This document shows, piece by piece, positions 54,596 through 64,000 of a DNA stretch of 64,000 nt. This DNA is from Adineta vaga (taxonomy: Eukaryota; Animalia; Rotifera). Where the stretch lies: assembly GCA_021613535.1 (NCBI GenBank), contig CP075497.1:6758001-6822000 (forward strand). The letters run 5' to 3'. The first letter of the stretch is position 1, and each line of letters opens with the position of its first letter. The notes under the pieces are model-generated. The model did not search any database, had not been told where the DNA came from, and saw only the letters and a list, made by a program, of their open reading frames with translations. The position numbers were made by a program, and so were the translations under genes.

Positions 54596-56626
54596 TCATT
54601 TCAAACTTAGATCAAGTGGAGCTGTATTGCTCGAATCGGGTGACGGTACTCGATTTATCAGCGTCGGTATAATTGTTGAAATTTTTTTCGGCAATAATGT
54701 CCGTCTTGTCGGTGACGATGATGGATAGATGGGTGTTGGTTTAACGATGGTCGAAGAAATTTCAGACGAAGAATTTATCATTGATGAACTTTCTGGTATA
54801 TAAGGTGGAACTTTACAAATTGTTTTCTGTGTTCGTTTGATCTCATTTAAATCTGTTAAACTTCCTTCAACATTAACAATAACCTTTTCTGAAGGTCGAA
54901 ATGTTGTCACTGATGGTTCGACTAGTTCATGTGGTGGACAAAAAGGTGAATCATCAGAATCTGGATCACTATATTCATAATGATTCATTGTTAAACGATC
55001 GAGTACGGATGGTGGAGCTTTAACCATGGTTGGAATGAAACGTGTCCGTCTTCGTGGTTTTGTTTGAGATTTTATAGGTGATGTACGTTTTGGTTGAGGT
55101 GTATGCGTAAGAGAAAAAAATGTCGATGTCGAGCATGGTTTCTTTTTGGCTGGTGATACAGGTGATTGAGTTGTTGGTTGTTGTTTACGTTTGGGAACTT
55201 TTGTAATAGTTTCACATGAATTGACTAGATCAGGTAATTCAACGGGTTCATCAACTTTTTTCGATTGTGGAATATACCAATCGTTGGTTGACGTTTGAGA
55301 TCGACGAATTTTGACTTTAATTTTTGGATCAATGGAACTAGAATCTGATGAAGAAGATAATGATGATTGAAGTAATGGAGTTGGTTTTTTAGGAACTTCA
55401 ATTTGTAAAGGTATTTGTTCAGTTATTTGCGTTTTAGATGGAAGAGGATTTCTTAATTTATGAATACGATTTAAAATTGCTCGATAACCATGCGGACTAA
55501 TAAGAAATCGAATATCAATTGTTTGATTCTAGAAAGAAGAAAAAAACAAATTAATCAATGTTCTTCAATATCAAAGAGAATTTTTTAGTCTTACTTTATT
55601 CATTCGGTCAAAACAGTAACAGACATCAATTAATCTTTCATGATCTTTATTCAATAAAAATGTTTGATAGAAAAGATCAATCTAAACCAAAAATCATTCA
55701 ATCATAGAACTAAAATAAGAAAAGAAAACTGAAAATTTTACTTTAAGATCTGATGACAATGAATATTTAATTCGAATAAATTTCTCTAATAAAAATAATG
55801 GTGCACTAGCTTTACATTCCAAATAACATGGCGATAACTATTTAAAATTAAAATTTCATAATTAACGAACAAATAAAACATGAATTTACTTACTGTTATA
55901 GATGATTTATTACTATTCGGAAACAGATCCAACGAACTAAAAAAAAACATTCGAATATGATCGATTGATTCGTTGACGAATATTGGAAACGAAAATTGAA
56001 CCAATGAAATGAAGAACACTTACATATCCCAATATTGAAGATAAACATCGATCGTTGAATCAAGAGAAATACGTGTTGATTCTAAATTGAACATAAAGTT
56101 ATTGCTTCAGGCAAAAGAGAAGAGATCTACGATGCATTACCATTAGTAATTGTCGGCGATAGTAGAGAAGGTCTGCACGCGATTTCACCTAGAAAGAAAA
56201 ACAGTAAAGTAGAGATAATAATAAGAAGAAATAATGAAGAATAACTTACGTTGAAAAATATATGGAAAAATTTTATACAAAAGTCGTTGAAAGATGAGAT
56301 CAGATCTATTAATATGTCATATGAGTTAGAAAAAAAACATCTGATACCACAGATGAACACTTACTTAAGTGTTTCCAATGGATTGACAATGTTAATTTGA
56401 CAGGTTGGACATTTATTATTGTTCGAATTTTCGAAATAATTCGTTATACATAGTTTGCAAACTAACAAAATGAAATCGTTTTATTGATAAATAATTTTTG
56501 TTGAAATACAAACTTACATCGATGTAGACATTCATTTATAACCGTTGGTGAACGAATAAGACCATGGCATAGAGGACATTTAAACAATGAATTCACAAGA
56601 GGAGATTCAACAGCGATTTTATCCAT
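54596..56626 (-). CDS. Polycomb group RING finger (PCGF/BMI1/Psc-like): RING + RAWUL + long S/P/T-rich tail ending in PLDLS
   Basis: CPLCHGLIRSPTVINECLHR|FCKLCITNYF...CPTC; KSDLIFQRLLYKIFP; RAWUL RYLECKASAPLFLLEKFIRIKY...IDLFY...LIDVCY; C-terminus APLDLSLK*. Confidence 0.88.
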
Positions 56627-56894
56627 CTAAAATATATTTTTCGTTTCTACTATATCAATTTCAAGGAATAATGTAAAAAATGACTATAAAACAAAAAGAA
56701 TAATGAATAAGGACTATATAAGATATCATTGTATGAAACTAAGTCAACACCTGTATATAATTAAAATAAATGAAGAGCAAAAACTAATTAGATGTTTTAA
56801 TTGAACGAATTTTCTTGTTGTCTCTTCGTGTTTGAGCGTATTTAGTCAGTGATAGACATTCAGACAGTAGGGTTACTCGTTTGGTCTAAGTCAA

Positions 56895-57990
56895 CACAAG
56901 CGGGCGCGAATGAGAGTTGTTCTGATAAGTGCACACACTCACAACACACACACACACACACATACAAACGATAGAGGAAAAAAAGCAATCAAGCTTTGGG
57001 GCAGTGTAAAAAGAAAAAGGTTCAACCTTTCTTTCTTCCTATGTGGTAGAGTATCAAAAAAGCGGCGGGAGCGATAGCGGGCACGTCCTTTTTTTTGTCC
57101 CGATCAAGACGAAGAGAACAGAACAAGAAGAAGAAGACGAAGAAGCTACAGCGGTAGCGACACAGCTGAATTTTCTATTATTACTACTAGTAGTTTAGTA
57201 GACGACGTCGTGGGTCGTTACTAACGCAAGAATGATGGTCGAGTCGAACGGTCGACGACGACGACGACGATGCGGGCAAGCGAGGATAATCATTGCCCAT
57301 CAATAAGGAGGAGAAAGCAAAGAAGAAAGAAGAAAATTTTGTGCAGACAATTTCTATCGGAATGTCTTCGTATACGCATATGACTACTATAGTTATTTTA
57401 TAGAAAAATATAATCGTGTCATAAGTTTACATATTATTCCCATATTTGAAATATGACAATTATTTATTATTTCTTACTTTTGTAAAAATGACAAATAAAG
57501 TATTTCGACGAATATCTGTAAAAACCTACCAGTTTTTTCTTACATTCTTATACATTACACGTCGTGTCTACTACTTTTGGAGCTTTGCAACATCACATCC
57601 ACCCACACAGCACATAGTAAAGAAAGAAAAGAAGAAAAAAAAGGGGGAAGACTGCTTTCTCTTTGTATTTTGCGACCGAATGAGTTATATGGGTGTATGT
57701 GTAGCACACAGTGTTGGATGAATATATTTTTTTTCTTCTTTTCTATACTACCATTAACACGAGCGAGCAAGCGAGCGAACGAGCGCACGAACGAACAAAA
57801 AGAAGAGAAAAAAACGACGCATTCTCGTTGGTTGACTCGAAATGCATCGAGAGAAAAATGTAATTTGATCATCGTCGTGTAGACTATATGACTGATTGAT
57901 GATAGATGTAAAAAGAACGGAAGACGAGTGAGAGAGGTGTGCAGAAACGATGGACATGGCCTTTACTCGCGGGAAAATTCTTATTGGTCC
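56895..57990. promoter_or_regulatory. CpG-richer promoter-like region upstream of PCGF with E2F-like and CCAAT motifs
   Basis: gcgggcgcgaa (56900-56910), gcggcggga (57062-57070), cgcgggaaaa (57968-57977) next to attgg; (CA)n and (GAC)n repeats. Confidence 0.35.
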
Positions 57991-60900
57991 ATTAATTGCT
58001 TCGTTTTCTTGTCTGTCGATTTGTGAATGATATTTCGTATCAATAGTTGAAAGAAAAGAAAGAAGAAAGTATAGAATAGACATGAAAGCAATAGAATATA
58101 AACATTTGTAAGAAGAAGAAAAAAGAAATACGATTGGATAAAATTGATGAAAAGAAATATAGGAACTTATTGCTGGATATGATGTGACTAGGTGGAAAAT
58201 CAATCAATTACCTGTGTTTTGTTTACTCAAGTATTGGTGTCACTTGGAGTGATTCTTGAGTATTTACAAAAATATGATCTAGGCACTCTAGAAAAAAGAA
58301 AAATATACTTTTAGTTTACTTTATTTGTTGATATCTCCACATGTCTCAAATAACATTTCGCATGTTTTCAATTCCTGGAGAAAGTAAAATAATTCTATCT
58401 TCAAAGATAAATGTACTTATTTTAATCAAAGACAAATGTAGATCATTTTCTCTTTCGATGACCGACTTATTCCGTAAAAGAAGTCCATCAATGTGCTACA
58501 AAAGTTGATTGTTTTCTCGTACAATCAATAAGAGAGCTTTGGTCAGTAAGAATGCCACTGGCTCTCTATACAGTCTCATGTGCGTGAATCTTCATTTTTT
58601 ATGAAGCAGAATTGAGTAGACCGGAAGGGCAGTCGGCGTCTGAACAATGCTTTATAATCATGATAACTTTTTTTTCTATTTCACCAACTGTCATCGTAAA
58701 AACCATATCCACCAATTTGTACTTGAGATATTGTCTCTACAAATATAGAATATCTCTTTAGTGATCGTTGAAATAAAACTATGACCATATACTATTAAAC
58801 TTCACATTGATTGGTTAACGTCAGAGAATTAAACAGAATATATAGATTGATTGATTAGTTCTCGAATTGGTTATTTCTCTATTTATAATAATAATGGAAT
58901 ACATACAATATGAAATTTTTGCAAATGAGAATTGGAATCTAGAAATTTTATTGGACTATCCATATCACACTGTACATAATGAAAGCACTTAATATAGTTT
59001 TTGTTTGATAAGTACTAATTGAAAAACAATACATGTGTCAATTGCATCTGGTGCTTGCGAAAATATATTGATACGGCACTTTCATACTTTGACACTGGTA
59101 TATGAACTTTGAAAACTATTCTAATAATCAATCGAAATTAAAAATAGAATGAATTGAATTTCATCATTTTTTCTTCAATCATAGAGTATTGAGATGAGTG
59201 ACCACGAGTGTATATTTCGGTAGTTTAAGTTTTGATCAACACGATTAGATACTTATTCGTTTCTTTCTTATGTTTTCATTGCGCATACTGCTAGTTTGCA
59301 ATGCCGCAACTAAGATAATTAGTTATATCAATAGTCAGCATGCTTCGATCAAATCTTGTGAGAGCTGTTTGATGTTTGAATTTATTCGTGAACTATGACA
59401 CGATGGATTGAATCCAGTCAATTATTAGTGCATAAAGGTAACGAGTAGATAGATATGTTTTATGATGTACTGACAACTTTCTAGCTCTTGTTTTCGTTGA
59501 TTACAGTTTGATTGATCGATGGTATTCGAAAAAAATACAGTATACTTCAAGAGTACAATGTTATGATCCGTCTAAATATATAAATTCGTCTATCGGGTTG
59601 AAGTCAATAGTGGCATTTAATAAAGATTTTCACCGATTTTGTTCTTATGTATTAGCATATAGATGCCTCCATTATTGGGAAATTGAGAAAGGAAACAAAT
59701 AGAGTCCTTGCTCTAGACACGAAATAGATTTTCAATATCGAACTCAAAGAATTGTTTCTATTATCTTTAATAAAATATAAGACACTAAAGTCAGAAGATC
59801 ACATGATAAGTCAACATAATTTTGCTGTTTTCTCATTTAATCCTTTACTCTCCGACGAAGGCTTTCTAAGAGTTGTGAATAAGCTGATCAGTAATTTAAA
59901 GACTAATAGTCATCGATATATCCATGCTATCAGAAAAAAAGTCTGAAGTTGCATCTTATTGGTAATCTATGATGTCCACTCTATAGGGAACATGTCTTTC
60001 ACTTATTATTATTAGGTGTCGTTATAATTATTCTTAAATTCCTTTTTCAATGATCTTTATCATATACAAGAAAGAAAAACAGATAAAGAGAACATATTTC
60101 ACAAATATTTGAAGTTTTATTTTACAAGAGTACGATTAAACGTTATTTTGAACACTACCTTTTTACGTCTACTAGTATCGTTTACTTCCACCACTGTTGG
60201 TAAATGATATAAAATGAAAAGTGAACGCAATATGAAGATAGACAAATATCATTTTATCAAAAGTATTATGTTAGAGCGGTAAAAGGATATATATATATAT
60301 TTCTAAAAACAAATGTAGTTCAAATTCTATGATTCATAACTCTCTTTTCCGTAAAATATCAATGTGTTGGGTACCAGTCTGTCAAAAAGTATATATGTAA
60401 ATATCTATTCATTCGATGAAACTATCCGTAAATATTTTTACATATATCAGTTCATTTAACTATGCGCCGGAAAGCAGCATAAAACGTTTCGAAAATATTA
60501 CGTAGATATTTCTACATTAACTATTTTTATGTCAGTTCCCTCTTCCATGTTCACAGGAATGATTAATCAGATAAATGAGTATTCTGAAATAGCAATTAGC
60601 ATTTATCTTTCATGAAGCATTTATAATAGTTGATAGGCATCTAGTGTGTAATTATTAGTTTTTAGATTATTAAAACTCTCGAAACCATAGAAACAGCGTA
60701 AAGTGGAATTTTGTTTTCTTAATCGATAGGATATGAAGTCTTCCAACAACTAACTGACTTATGTTCTGGAATATGTGATAGTCGTACAAAATAAACATGC
60801 GCATGTGTTATACGATCAATATAGAGACTAGAATTACTTTTCTCTTTTAATCATTGCTCAAAAAAAACATAAGATGATGCTGAAGTAGGTTTCATATTAT

Positions 60901-61924
60901 TTAGTATTTATCGTACGATGAATAAGTGAGAGAACATTTGAGGTTATTCTTGTCAAATGATCATGCAAATTCAGTAGAAAACTTAGAATTTTCATTACAC
61001 GCTGAAGCGAAATACATTTTTCGAAGAACAAATCAGGATAGAGAAGACAATCAAACTCATGAGTCATTCTTTAGTACTTCTAAGATTTTCCATACAAGTG
61101 TTAGCGCATCGGACATCAATCTCGAAGATTACAAAAGTTGACATTCTTAAGTTACAAAGTAGAAATCTAACAATGCATTTATACAGAAAATGAATGCATA
61201 ATTATTTTGACACGATCATTTTATTCATTGCAACATATTCTAATAAAGATTATTGAATATTTCTAATCTAGTTTCCTTAGATGTACCTCAAGACGATTGT
61301 ACTGTATTGTTTGTTAAGCGAATCTAAGTGTAATTTAGTACGACTTTTTTTTATAAGGAAATATTATATAGTATCGATCGCCAAAATTAATATTTTTCTC
61401 ACTATAAGGTTCATCAAGAAGATCAAGTCAGACTATGCGAAATGAAACAGACAGTGTGTCATTTTTTTTATCTCGAGAGTAAAAAAATCTATATGCAAGA
61501 GTTTCTTTTTAGTCGATACCTGAAAAATCCCTAAAGATCATAAATACTAATCGTTTCAATGTTCGACAATGAATTCAATCTATTTCTACTGATATGAGTA
61601 TGTTTGTTGTTAAAATACACATAGTTGATTTCTGTAACATCGAAAGAGGCGAAATTATTTTGAACATTCGTATTCATTTGGGAAGAAACAGTTACCTAGC
61701 TGTATGAAATTTCTTCCGATTATCGACAAATGCACGAAGACGTACTTTTTCTCTTCTCTTTTGTGCCTTCGCCACTTTTAATATGGAACATAAAAGTGCT
61801 TTGACACTGACGATGATGTTCACTAGCTCAACATAGATTATATATAAACAACAATCATGATACAGTGAAAATTCTCCACATAATTACAGTTTCTTAATAC
61901 GGATACAAAGCATTTCTAACAATA

Positions 61925-63140
61925 ATGAAAGATGATGGCAGAGAAGCGAAGCGACTTGCTCGTTGTCCTTTAATCTGTCGTATCTGTGGTGATGTAGCAC
62001 GTGGTATGAATTACAATGTGAAGAGTTGTGTATCATGTAAAGCATTCTTTCGACGAAATGCATTACGATCATCAGTATGTTCATTTCTACATTTTATAAT
62101 ATTATATGAATGATTTTAATCGTTTAGAATGATTTGCATTGTAAATTAAAATATCACTGTGAGATAACAGTTGATACAAGAATAAAATGTCCAGCTTGCC
62201 GTTTAAAAAAATGTTTTGATTTTGGAATGAAAAAAGAATTAATTCAATGCATTTCCAAAGCTCATTCTGACAGGAAAAATACTCAACAATCAACCGTGAG
62301 AAAAACACAAGAAATGCATTTACCAGTGGTGTGTTCACTGTATAGTCTTTCTCAAATAATTTTATTCGTGTTTTATTTTAGCTTCAACCACTAAGCCTTC
62401 TACGAAAAGATCATTCAACACTGACATCGAAACAATGGAATCTTCTTTCCAATGTAATCAATATTTATGATAAACAGAATATAATAAGTGATATACACTT
62501 CATACTTAAAGAAGATTCTTTTTTACCAGTAAAATTACGTGCAAAACCAACAACTGCATTGAATTACATCAATAAGTGTATTTCAAGTGTTCAAATGATA
62601 CTCAAACAATCACCTTATTTTCATTATCTAACATTCCACTCTCGTCAATCTCTTATATACAATAACATATATCTAACAAGTTGTTTAAATGCTGTGTTTG
62701 TTAGTCGTGAAGTCGATCTTTGGAATAATACAGATTTTGGATTATCTTACAATACATTACTTGGAGCGGATTATTTCACACAATTTGCTTCAGTACCAAA
62801 ACGATTAGATAATAATAGTGTACTTCAAAAAATGATGTTATTTATCATGGCATTTTCAAGTAATTATTCCATTGTTACGTTCGATAACAATGAAAATTTT
62901 CATAATAAATCAAATTTGATTGATCTTAATCATGTACAAGATATCTTTGTAAATTTATTATGGAAATATTTAATTTATCAGTATGGATATATGGAAGCTG
63001 TACATCGATATTCATCTTTAATAAAGAGTGTTCTAGATGTTTTGCATGAATTAGAAGAACTGTCAAATAGTGCAATTTATTTACAAATGATGAATATGCT
63101 TATAAAACAAACAGAACAATTATTAATTTTTGATGAGTAG
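61925..63140 (+). CDS. Nuclear hormone receptor (NR1J/HR96-like expansion), copy 3; start approximate
   Basis: [27 protein letters not shown]; [30 protein letters not shown]; LBD LLRKDHSTLTSKQWNLLSNVINIYD...LLWKYLIYQYG. Confidence 0.9.
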
Positions 63141-63407
63141 TAACTAAGAATAAGATTCCCAATATTGGATAAAATACAATTCAATTTATTGTTCATAAGA
63201 TGAACAATTTTCATGCTATTATTTTGTTTCAATGGATGTTGTAACAGTCGATGTCTTTCATTATTCATGATAATCGATATTGATGATAGAATATAGAACA
63301 AGGATGTTCAATATAAATGATTTTTTTTTATATATCGATTACATAAAACAAAACGGAAAACACACGTGACCTGTACGTCGAAACAACAAGAAAAGAAAAC
63401 AAAGATT

Positions 63408-64000
63408 TTATGCTGATATAATAATATCTCCATTTTGTAGACATGTTACTTTAGGTAATGGTGATCGTTTTTTTGTTAATTGTTCGTTTGTTGTTAATGA
63501 AGCATGATCAATAAATGGATTAATACGTGTTAATGATGGTGACCGAATTTGTAATGGTATTCGTCGTTTATCTTCAAGTGTTTGATGTTGAGGATGAAAT
63601 CGAGGGGATAAATTTGATTCAGGTACGAGACCACGGACAAAAGTTGATTTGGTTAAAATATTTTCATAACTAACAGATGCAACTGATGGAATCATTTGTT
63701 CTTTTGATTGTTGTTGTTTTACTTGCCGATGATGATAATTATTATTATTTGTTGATGAATCACTTGAAAGAGCTGTTGATGTTGATTGAGCATATGAAGA
63801 TGAAGAAACTTTATCTTCAGCTGGTGTTGTTGATGCATGAATGCGATTTGACCGAATAAGTATAATAATAATAAGTATAATAAGAATAAAAAATAGGATA
63901 ATTGCTATTGTTATAAAAATTAAAGTACGAATGAATACTGTTGTTTGAGTTAAAGAATTAACTTGTTTACGTGTTGATGATAAAAGATTTTGAAATGATG
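63408..64000 (-). CDS. 3' exon of a single-pass membrane protein (TM + S/T-rich cytoplasmic tail); 5' part beyond the window end
   Basis: Frame is open from the window end to the stop at 63408: ...[28 protein letters not shown]...SSSSYAQS...LQNGDIIISA*. Confidence 0.75.
   Translation of the reverse strand, partial: SFQNLLSSTRKQVNSLTQTTVFIRTLIFITIAIILFFILIILIIIILIRSNRIHASTTPAEDKVSSSSYAQSTSTALSSDSSTNNNNYHHRQVKQQQSKEQMIPSVASVSYENILTKSTFVRGLVPESNLSPRFHPQHQTLEDKRRIPLQIRSPSLTRINPFIDHASLTTNEQLTKKRSPLPKVTCLQNGDIIISA

Noticed and set aside
57446-58203. Cluster of overlapping ORFs on both strands
   Set aside because: Low-complexity F/K-rich translations of simple-repeat, promoter-like DNA; no coding signature.
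58300-61800. Long intergenic region as a possible transposon
   Set aside because: No transposase/RT motifs, terminal repeats or long ORFs detectable by eye.

Overview
AT-rich eukaryotic genomic DNA with densely packed genes and many ~50-60 nt GT-AG introns. The gene content (SETDB1, an expanded NR1J/HR96-type nuclear receptor family, a PPR remnant, F-box genes, a bacterial-type gene among metazoan genes) points to a bdelloid rotifer; this is inferred, not proven. In order: the 5' part of an axonemal outer-arm beta-type dynein heavy chain (runs off the window start), SETDB1/eggless, RSBN1-like, a receptor-like pseudokinase with an MRH-like ectodomain, an intronless secreted SH3b + Zn-peptidase resembling actinobacterial/phage peptidoglycan hydrolases (probable HGT), two orphan mini-genes between ~180-200 bp direct repeats, an F-box gene, an RRM gene, a PPR pseudogene, an ankyrin-IQ gene, a K/E-rich gene whose single intron holds a complete antisense intron-containing histone H3 variant, a Shaw/Kv3 channel, a putatively lipidated microprotein, a divergent SHP2-like phosphatase, C4orf45-like, RBM45, LCMT2/TYW4, three nuclear receptors, a PCGF/BMI1-like gene ending in PLDLS, and the 3' end of a single-pass membrane protein. 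The best candidates for something new are the receptor-pseudokinase plus bacterial-type lysin pair (18.3-21.4 kb) and the nested H3 variant. All exon models were spliced by eye and all family assignments come from motif recognition, without database searches.
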